Shown here: piece by piece, positions 57,684-64,000 of the stretch
Layout: each line of letters begins with the position of its first letter
Position numbering within the stretch: position 1 is the first letter of the stretch
From: Synergistota bacterium
GTDB lineage: Bacteria; Synergistota; Synergistia; Synergistales; 79-D21
DNA: 64,000 nucleotides
Assembly: GCA_022839995.1 (NCBI GenBank)
Contig: JALHIN010000006.1
Coordinates: 9,539-73,538 of the forward strand
Reading direction: 5' to 3'
Position numbers and translations under genes: made by a program
The notes under the pieces: generated by a model
What the model was told of the DNA's origin: nothing
Databases searched by the model: none
The model's input: the letters and a program-made list of their open reading frames with translations, nothing else

Positions 57684-58703
57684 ATGGCTAAGGTCAGGCT
57701 GGGAATCAGCGGTTTCGGTAGGATCGGCCGCCTGACCCTGAGAGCCCTGTTCCAGCATGGGCACGAAGGGAATGTCGAGATCGCGGCAATCAATCACAAG
57801 CCGGTTCCGATCGAGGATCTGGCTTACCTTTTCAAGTACGATTCGGTGCATCGAAGTTTTCCAGGTAGCGTGCAGGTCGACGGGGACACAATCGTCATCG
57901 ACGGAACCCCCGTCAAGGTGCTTGCGCAAGCCGATCCGGAGAAACTGGACTGGAAGTCCCTCGGGGTCGACATCGTCATTGAGGCGACAGGCAAGTTTCG
58001 GGACAAGGCCGGTGCTGGACTGCACCTGAAGGCAGGTGCAAAAAAGGTCATCATTACGGCTCCGGCGAAGGACGACGACTGCACGATCGTCATGGGGGTC
58101 AACGAAGAGGATTACGAACCGAAAAACCATCATGTCCTTTCGTGCGCATCCTGCACGACGAACTGCCTAGCCCCGGTGGCCAAAGTCCTGCAGGAAGAAT
58201 TCGGAATCGAAAGGGGTCTCATGACGACGGCGCACGCCTATACAAGCGACCAAAGCATCCTGGATCACACGCACAAGGACAGGAGAAGGGGCCGTTCGGC
58301 GGCGATGTCGATCGTTCCGACGACCACGGGAGCGGCAAAGGCCATCGGCCGGGTCATTCCTGGACTGAAAGGGAAGCTGAACGGCATTGCGCTTCGGGTT
58401 CCGACCCCGGACGTTTCGATCGTGGATCTGACGGCAGTCCTCGCACGAGAGGCCAGCGCGGAAGAGATCAACGATGCGATGGCCCGCTGGGCCGAAGGTC
58501 CCATGAAAGGGATCCTTTCCATCGTCAACGAGGAACTGGTTTCTGTCGATTTCACCGGGAATTCCGCTTCCTCGCTCTTTGACCCCTCTCAGACGATGGT
58601 TGTCGGGAATCTGGCTAAAGTCCTGGCCTGGTATGACAACGAATGGGGATACAGCTGCAGGGTTGTGGACCTGGCAAACCTGGTTGCCGCAAGGGGGCTT
58701 TAG
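57684..58703 (+). CDS. gap: glyceraldehyde-3-phosphate dehydrogenase (type I)
   Basis: GISGFGRIGR NAD-binding motif and catalytic ASCTTNCLAP. GGAGGAGGGGAG precedes ATG 57684; the track ORF begins at 57582. Confidence 0.96.
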   Translation: MAKVRLGISGFGRIGRLTLRALFQHGHEGNVEIAAINHKPVPIEDLAYLFKYDSVHRSFPGSVQVDGDTIVIDGTPVKVLAQADPEKLDWKSLGVDIVIEATGKFRDKAGAGLHLKAGAKKVIITAPAKDDDCTIVMGVNEEDYEPKNHHVLSCASCTTNCLAPVAKVLQEEFGIERGLMTTAHAYTSDQSILDHTHKDRRRGRSAAMSIVPTTTGAAKAIGRVIPGLKGKLNGIALRVPTPDVSIVDLTAVLAREASAEEINDAMARWAEGPMKGILSIVNEELVSVDFTGNSASSLFDPSQTMVVGNLAKVLAWYDNEWGYSCRVVDLANLVAARGL

Positions 58704-58705
58704 CT

Positions 58706-59899
58706 ATGAGATTGAAAGGCCTGCCCGAAACGGGGCTGGAAGGCAAGAAGGTCCTTGTCCGGGTCGATTTCAACGTGCCCTTGCGCGGCGATGGAGCCGT
58801 TTCGGACGACACCCGAATCTGCGCTCACCTGGAGACGATTCGCAGACTTCTGGAGAAAGGGGCCAGGATCAGCCTGATTTCCCATTTGGGTAGACCCAAA
58901 GGCAAGGTTTCCCCGGAATTCTCTCTCAGGCCTGTGGCGTATCGTCTCGCGGAACTCACGGGGTGGGATATCGGATTTGTCGATGACTGCATTGGGCCTC
59001 TCGTTGGCGAGGCCGTTTCGGAAGCGAGGCCAGGCTCGATCCTGGTTCTCGAAAATGTCCGCTTCCATCCCGAAGAGGAAAAAAACGACCCGGACTTCGC
59101 AAAAGCCTTGGCGGCTCCCTTTGACGCCTTCGTCATGGATGCCTTCAGCGCCGCACACAGGGCTCACGCCTCGACGGAGGGAATCGCTGCCTTTCTGCCG
59201 TCCTACGCGGGGGACCTCCTCTGCCGCGAGGTCGAAATTCTCGGGCAGGTTCGGGATCATCCAAAACGCCCCTTCGTCTTGCTTTTGGGCGGCGCAAAGG
59301 TCTCGGACAAGATCGGCGTGATCGGCCACCTCCTTGAGAGGGTGGATACGCTTCTCATCGGAGGCGGGATGGCCTTTACCTTCCTGAGGGCCCAGGGGAA
59401 CCGAGTCGGGCGATCCCTGGTTGAAGAGGATCGGATCAGTTTTGCAGAGGGTCTTCTTGCCGAAGCCGCCTCCAGGAACATCGAGGTCCTACTGCCTGAA
59501 GACATCGTGGCCGGAAGCTCGCCGGATTCCAGCGGACCGGTCGAGATCGTCCCGTCGAAGGAAATCCCGGAATCGCTCATGGGCCTCGACATCGGCCCGA
59601 AGACGGCCGAAGCCTTTTCTGCGGCGATCACCCGAGCTTCCACGGTTCTCTGGAATGGACCGATGGGGGTTTTCGAAAACCCGCTGTTTGCAGAAGGGAC
59701 GCGGAAGGTTGCGCAAAGCCTTGAGGAGGCAACGAAGGCAGGCTGCCAGACCGTCGTGGGAGGCGGAGACACCGCTGCCGCGGTGAATTCCATGGGGTTT
59801 GCCGACAAGGTGACCCACGTTTCGACCGGGGGAGGAGCGAGCCTTGAATTTTTTGAAGGGCTTCCCCTGCCGGGTATCCAGCCGTTCCTCCTGGACTAG
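58706..59899 (+). CDS. pgk: phosphoglycerate kinase
   Basis: KKVLVRVDFNVPL, SHLGRPKG and GGGDTAAAV motifs. ATG 58706 lies 2 nt after the gap stop. Confidence 0.96.
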   Translation: MRLKGLPETGLEGKKVLVRVDFNVPLRGDGAVSDDTRICAHLETIRRLLEKGARISLISHLGRPKGKVSPEFSLRPVAYRLAELTGWDIGFVDDCIGPLVGEAVSEARPGSILVLENVRFHPEEEKNDPDFAKALAAPFDAFVMDAFSAAHRAHASTEGIAAFLPSYAGDLLCREVEILGQVRDHPKRPFVLLLGGAKVSDKIGVIGHLLERVDTLLIGGGMAFTFLRAQGNRVGRSLVEEDRISFAEGLLAEAASRNIEVLLPEDIVAGSSPDSSGPVEIVPSKEIPESLMGLDIGPKTAEAFSAAITRASTVLWNGPMGVFENPLFAEGTRKVAQSLEEATKAGCQTVVGGGDTAAAVNSMGFADKVTHVSTGGGASLEFFEGLPLPGIQPFLLD

Positions 59900-59914
59900 G
59901 CTCAGGGAAAACCC

Positions 59915-60706
59915 ATGGGAAGAACGAAGCTGATCGCCGGAAACTGGAAGATGTACCACGGGATCGCCGCAACCGGCAAGTTTCTCTCGGAGCTGGAAGC
60001 GAAAATCACGAAGGATACGGGGGTAAAACAGGCCCTACAGGAGTGTCGGATCGAAATGGCCATTTTCCCCCCCTTTACGAGCCTCTGGAGGGCCCTGGAA
60101 GGAAAACGGTATTTACCCTGGCTCAAAGTGGGGGCTCAGAACGTGCACTGGGCTACCGAGGGAGCGTTTACCGGAGAAGTTTCGGCGGGAATGCTGAAGG
60201 AAGCAGGCTGTGATTATGTCATTATAGGACATAGTGAGCGCAGGCAGCATTTCGCGGAAACCGACGACCAGGTGCACAAAAAGATCGATGCAGCCATTTC
60301 GGCAGGGGTGCAGGCGGTTCTCTGCGTAGGGGAAACCTTGCAGGAGCGGGAGTCCGAAGAAACGGTGCCCGTTGTCGAGAGACAATTGATGAAAGCCCTC
60401 GTGGGGCTTCCGCCGGATGAGATTGGCGGTTCCGTTTGCGTCGCCTATGAACCCGTTTGGGCAATCGGCACGGGAAAGAATGCCACCGCCCGTGAAGCAC
60501 AGGAAGTCTGTCAGGCCATTCGGCGATTCCTGTCGGAACGCTTCGGCGATGAGACAGGAATGACCGTCAGGATCCTCTACGGAGGCAGCGTTAAGCCGGA
60601 CAACGCGGCGGGACTCCTGAACGAACCGGATATCGACGGCGCTCTTGTGGGGGGCGCATCGCTTTTGGCAGGTTCCTTTGCGCAGATTCTGACCGCGGCG
60701 CTCTAA
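59915..60706 (+). CDS. tpiA: triosephosphate isomerase
   Basis: IAGNWKM, IIGHSERR, AYEPVWAIGTG and YGGSV motifs. Confidence 0.96.
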   Translation: MGRTKLIAGNWKMYHGIAATGKFLSELEAKITKDTGVKQALQECRIEMAIFPPFTSLWRALEGKRYLPWLKVGAQNVHWATEGAFTGEVSAGMLKEAGCDYVIIGHSERRQHFAETDDQVHKKIDAAISAGVQAVLCVGETLQERESEETVPVVERQLMKALVGLPPDEIGGSVCVAYEPVWAIGTGKNATAREAQEVCQAIRRFLSERFGDETGMTVRILYGGSVKPDNAAGLLNEPDIDGALVGGASLLAGSFAQILTAAL

Positions 60707-60739
60707 GTTCCCGTTTCTTTTCAAAAAAACTAAGAAGAC

Positions 60740-60778
60740 GCCCCTTCCTTTTCCTTCAAAGGGAAGGGGTGCTTTTTT
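60740..60778 (+). terminator. intrinsic terminator after tpiA
   Basis: CCCCTTCC...GGAAGGGG (extendable with TTT/AAA), followed by TGCTTTTTT. Confidence 0.85.
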
Positions 60779-60795
60779 GGACTTTTCCTCGCATA

Positions 60796-60823
60796 ACGCA
60801 ACATAAGATACATTATAGGACAG
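60796..60823. other. dif: candidate dif (XerC/XerD chromosome-dimer resolution) site
   Basis: The reverse complement CTGTCCTATAATGTATCTTATGTTGCGT contains ATAATGTATCTTATGTT, a 16/17 match to the dif core ATAATGTATATTATGTT as I recall it from E. coli. It lies in non-coding DNA between the two terminators, at the convergent strand switch. Confidence 0.5.
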
Positions 60824-60834
60824 CAATGGGAAGA

Positions 60835-60861
60835 CAAAAAAGAGGCGTTCTGACGCGCCCC
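60835..60861 (-). terminator. intrinsic terminator after rsfS (minus strand)
   Basis: On the minus strand, GGGGCG-CGTCAGAA-CGCCTC (6 bp including one G-U) followed by TTTTTT. Confidence 0.6.
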
Positions 60862-60914
60862 TTTTTCCCCCGAATTCATTTTCTATTATTTACTGCGAAT
60901 CTGTTTAGGTCGGT

Positions 60915-61262
60915 CTATACCGTCATTTCCTCGTCGAAAACGAACGTTTCAGCGTCTCCCCAGATTCGCTCGATCCCATAATAATCGCGACCCTGGCGGC
61001 TGAAAATGTGAATCACAAGGTTTCCGGCGTCGACGAGACGCCACCGGGCGCTCGTGGCTCCTTCCACCCGTGCTGGAAGTTCGAGAGCCTCCAGTGTGTC
61101 CAGGGTCGTTTCCAAAAGCGTGTTCATGTGGACATCCGAGTTCGCCGTGGCCAGGATGAAGGTGTCTGCAAGGGTTGTCGTTTCTCCGAGGTTCATGACG
61201 GTGATTTTTTCCGCGTGCTTGTCGGACAACGACTTCACGATGGCTTGAGCTTCTTTGCTCAT
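60915..61262 (-). CDS. rsfS: ribosome silencing factor RsfS (iojap)
   Basis: ADTFILATANSDVHMNTL...RWRLVDAGNLVIHIF...RDYYGIERIW. GAAGGAG lies 5 nt before ATG 61262; the track ORF begins at TTG 61286. Confidence 0.9.
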   Translation of the reverse strand: MSKEAQAIVKSLSDKHAEKITVMNLGETTTLADTFILATANSDVHMNTLLETTLDTLEALELPARVEGATSARWRLVDAGNLVIHIFSRQGRDYYGIERIWGDAETFVFDEEMTV

Positions 61263-61318
61263 CTTCTCCTTCAGTTTCTCCCTCAATCATGCGTCACCTC
61301 CGGTATATGAACTAAAAA

Positions 61319-62575
61319 TTAAAGATTTCTCTTGTACTGTTTTAACCTTTTCAGAATTATATCATAATCCTTGCCGACGATAATCGTCGCATGGGTAGCC
61401 CCCCGGTTCGGGCGGACGAGGTTTGCAGGAACGCCGCAGAGCTCCCCTAGTGCCCTTGCATTGGCGAGAACCTGGGCTGAGGGATTCTCCGGGTGGGCAA
61501 TGTTGGTGTATCGGTAATCGAAATGCTTGGCATTCCCAAGGAAAGCCACGTCAATTCCGAGGCGCTGCAGGTGTTCCGAAAAAGCCTGGCTGATACCCTT
61601 GACTCCGCAGCCGTTCAGGACCGCGACCTGTCCCTTGATTCTATCGAGGATGGCATCGGCTGGGACGAGAGCCTCCTCCGGGGGCCTTTCTCCTTTGTCT
61701 CCGCTGACGGGTATCGGAGGGGTCGTCAGGAATTCCGAGGCAAGGGCGATATCTCCGAGCCAATAGCTGATTCCATCGATCATGGCAGCTTTTCCCGGCA
61801 TCGTTTCGAACGAGAATCGGCTTCGGTCGAGGTCCTTCAGGTAATTGACCATCTGGATGGCCTGAGTGGGCTGAATTTCCGTCTGGAAGAAACGGGTCGC
61901 TTCCTCCACGATTTGCGGAAGCCTGGTTACGGTCTCGGGCTCTCGGAGCTTGTTCAGGACTTCTTTCAGGAAAAGCTGCTGACGTTGAATGCGGCCGATG
62001 TCTCCGAGAGCATCGTGGCGGAAGCGGACGAATTCCAGCGCGGTCTTCCCGTTTAATGTCTGGCGCCCTGCCGGGATGTCGATGTAGAGCCCCCCGGCCC
62101 GGTCGGTATAGCGAAGCCGTTTGGGAACGTCGACCGTTACTCCTCCCAGGAGATCGACCAGCTTCGGGAAGCTCTGGTAGTTGACGATCACGGAATAGTG
62201 AAGGGGAATTCCAAGGAAATTCGAGACCGTGGAACGGAGAAGTTCAATCCCGCCGTAGGCGTAGGCGTGGTTGAGCTTCTGCCAGCCATGTTTCTCGATC
62301 TGAACTCGGAGGTCTCGCGGAAGGGAAAGCACCTTGACGAACCGGTCATCGATATTGATCGCGACGACGGCGATCGTATCGGAACGGTGGGATCCCTGAA
62401 CATCATCGATTCCCACGGCAAGGATGTTGATATTGCCGGTTAAGGCGTCGTGCTCGAAACTTTTTTCGATCTCCTGCGATCCAGGGGAAACGATCGTGTG
62501 CATTCGCCAGGCGACCCCCAAGGCGATTGAAAGCGCGGAGAGAGAGAAAAAAAGGATTAGGCGGGCTTTTTTCAA
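61319..62575 (-). CDS. LytR-CpsA-Psr (LCP) family protein with C-terminal LytR_C-like domain
   Basis: N-terminal TM, then NILAVGIDD...HRSDTIAVVAIN...VLSLPRDL...KLNHAYAYGG. TTG start 7 nt after GGAAGGTGA. Confidence 0.9.
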   Translation of the reverse strand: MKKARLILFFSLSALSIALGVAWRMHTIVSPGSQEIEKSFEHDALTGNINILAVGIDDVQGSHRSDTIAVVAINIDDRFVKVLSLPRDLRVQIEKHGWQKLNHAYAYGGIELLRSTVSNFLGIPLHYSVIVNYQSFPKLVDLLGGVTVDVPKRLRYTDRAGGLYIDIPAGRQTLNGKTALEFVRFRHDALGDIGRIQRQQLFLKEVLNKLREPETVTRLPQIVEEATRFFQTEIQPTQAIQMVNYLKDLDRSRFSFETMPGKAAMIDGISYWLGDIALASEFLTTPPIPVSGDKGERPPEEALVPADAILDRIKGQVAVLNGCGVKGISQAFSEHLQRLGIDVAFLGNAKHFDYRYTNIAHPENPSAQVLANARALGELCGVPANLVRPNRGATHATIIVGKDYDIILKRLKQYKRNL

Positions 62576-62581
62576 GCCGTT

Positions 62582-63172
62582 TCACCTTCCGTTCCGAATG
62601 TAGAGGTTTTTCTTGAAGATATAGTGTTCAACGGTCCAGGGCAGCAGATACCTTGTGCTCTTTCCTTCCAGGACGCGATCCCTGATCTCGGTGCTCGAGA
62701 TGGCGAGCATGGGGATTTCAAGTGGGATGATCGCCTTCTGGATCGGTTCGGGCAATTCCTTCAGCCGGGCGGAATTGTACCCAGGCCGGCTGACTGCCAC
62801 GATCCTGCAAAGTTCAACGATCGCGTACGGTTCTTTCCATGAAAGGATGTCGAGGACTCCGTCGAGCCCCGTTATGAAAAAGAGCTCCGTGCTGCCCGGT
62901 GCATACCAGTGTCGCATTTCCCTCAGCGTGTCGACCGTATGGCTGTCTCCTCCACGGTCGATTTCGAGACGTGAGACCTTGAAATGCGGGTTGTCCAAAG
63001 TAGCCAGGAGGGTCATCGTGTAGCGGTCTTCCGGAGAGGATACGAGTTTTGCCCTTTTGTGGGGGGGATTCCCCGTCGGGACAAAAATCACCTCCGACAG
63101 CCCAAGGGCAAAATAGGCTTCCTCCGCCGACACGAGATGCCCGTAATGGATGGGATCGAACGTACCACCCAT
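62582..63172 (-). CDS. nadD: nicotinate-nucleotide adenylyltransferase
   Basis: GGTFDPIHYGHL (HxGH) and ISSTEIR motifs. ATG 63172 removes the first beta strand. The in-frame upstream sequence reads ...RNRVGIMGG, so the start may be CTG 63211, preceded by AAAGGGGAGAGG. Confidence 0.9.
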   Translation of the reverse strand: MGGTFDPIHYGHLVSAEEAYFALGLSEVIFVPTGNPPHKRAKLVSSPEDRYTMTLLATLDNPHFKVSRLEIDRGGDSHTVDTLREMRHWYAPGSTELFFITGLDGVLDILSWKEPYAIVELCRIVAVSRPGYNSARLKELPEPIQKAIIPLEIPMLAISSTEIRDRVLEGKSTRYLLPWTVEHYIFKKNLYIRNGR

Positions 63173-63231
63173 GATACCGACTCGATTCCGGCCTAGAAAG
63201 GTCTGGCTCAGGGTCCTCTCCCCTTTCGGGA

Positions 63232-64000
63232 TCAGGCTTCCCGGTCTTCCGGATTCTCCGGGGGTTCGATGGCTTTTTCCGGCTTGAAGGTGAACTCCGT
63301 TTCCCCGATGGTGACCAGGTCACCTTCCCTGGCACCGGCTTCCTCGAGCAGTTCTTCCACTCGGTACCGGGCCAGCAGCCGGGAAAATCGAAGGATGGCC
63401 TCGTCCTGGTCAAAATTGTACCTTAGGACGGCTTCTTCGAGGCGGGAATGGATCACACGATACCCCTTATTCGCGCGGAGCTTCACGATTTGGACTATAT
63501 CCCGTTTTCTCGAGGCCAACCCCGATTCCGGTTCCTCCTGCAGGGCAACCAGTCGGGTTTCCCCCTTCGGGCGAGGGATGGCCCTGGAATGTTCCACGAT
63601 CGCTTCGGCCAGGCAGGCAATTCCTTCTCCCGTCAGGGCGCTCAAGGGAAAGAACCGCAACCCCATCCTTTCGAAAGCTGCGCTGATTTCTTCAAGGACC
63701 GTCCTGTTCTCCAGGAGATCGATCTTGTTTCCGACGACAAGGGTTGGCGTTTCCAGGAGAGCCGCCTTGTATTGCCTGAATTCTTCCCGGACGGTCTCCC
63801 ATTGTTTCATTACGGGCGAAACGCCCGTCCCTTCCGAAACGTCGAGGACGTGGACCAGGAAACGCGTCCGTTCCACATGCCGGAGGAAAGCCAGCCCGAG
63901 CCCGAGATTGCGATGGGATCCCTCGATGAGACCCGGAACATCGGCGAGGACAACCCGTTCATCGTCAACCGACAAGACTCCCAGGTTCGGAGAGAGCGTG
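63232..64000 (-). CDS. obg: GTPase Obg/CgtA, C-terminal two-thirds (5' end outside window)
   Basis: The frame is open to the window edge (TLSPNLGVLSVDDERVVLADVPGLIEG). G3 DVPG and G4 NKID are present, with a C-terminal OCT domain (GDLVTIGETEFTF). Confidence 0.93.
   Translation of the reverse strand, partial: TLSPNLGVLSVDDERVVLADVPGLIEGSHRNLGLGLAFLRHVERTRFLVHVLDVSEGTGVSPVMKQWETVREEFRQYKAALLETPTLVVGNKIDLLENRTVLEEISAAFERMGLRFFPLSALTGEGIACLAEAIVEHSRAIPRPKGETRLVALQEEPESGLASRKRDIVQIVKLRANKGYRVIHSRLEEAVLRYNFDQDEAILRFSRLLARYRVEELLEEAGAREGDLVTIGETEFTFKPEKAIEPPENPEDREA

Noticed and set aside
60769-60981. 70-aa ORF in the tpiA-rsfS spacer, and a possible sRNA promoter read from CATTATAGG.
   Set aside because: The ORF crosses two terminators and overlaps rsfS antisense. 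The AT-rich motif is better explained as the dif-like site.
1-64000. Looked for CRISPR arrays, IS elements/transposases, integrases, prophage genes, toxin-antitoxin pairs and restriction or other defence genes.
   Set aside because: No spaced direct-repeat arrays, terminal inverted repeats or relevant protein motifs were seen. Every substantial ORF is accounted for by housekeeping functions except the three unknowns listed.

Overview
This is a 64-kb, GC-rich (roughly 55-60% by eye), almost fully coding core-chromosome segment. The synteny is Firmicutes-like: Clostridia- or Synergistota-related, probably thermophilic, with no sporulation genes after ftsZ. I call 58 protein genes, one tRNA, RNase P RNA and a glmS ribozyme.

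Gene order:
- Plus strand: M48 peptidase (5' truncated), dnaX, dnaE, a TRAP (mtrB)-like gene, pyk, Nudix, nfo.
- Plus strand: cdaA, cdaR, glmM, galU, glmS ribozyme, glmS.
- Minus strand: Fur-family regulator, small membrane protein, secreted protein of unknown function.
- Plus strand: tRNA-Gly(CCC); a nine-gene V/A-type ATPase operon plus a gamma-CA-like gene; rnpB.
- Plus strand: a complete dcw cluster (mraZ to ftsZ) that runs without a visible break into a radical-SAM gene, a SPOR-domain gene, Moco biosynthesis (moeA, moeA-PBP fusion, moaA, moaC, moaB fusion), rapZ-yvcK-whiA and a glycogen-debranching-type enzyme.
- Plus strand: gap, pgk, tpiA.
- Minus strand: obg (5' truncated), nadD, LCP, rsfS.

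I saw no transposase, integrase, phage, CRISPR, toxin-antitoxin or recognisable defence genes. The region is housekeeping, and I do not claim a new multi-gene system.

The most noteworthy observations:
- A dif-like XerC/D site sits exactly at the convergent strand switch at about 60.8 kb.
- An orphan TRAP homologue is translationally overlapped with pyk.
- An uncharacterised radical-SAM plus SPOR pair is appended to ftsZ.
- A Fur-headed operon encodes two unknown envelope proteins.
- Four 10-bp-phased GTG(G/T) boxes form a candidate MraZ operator.
- A palindromic operator overlaps the V-ATPase promoter, and the K subunit carries a Na+-binding signature.
- ftsI and nadD both have N-terminal coding sequence that precedes any canonical start codon.

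All homology calls rest on motif recognition from memory; no database search was possible.
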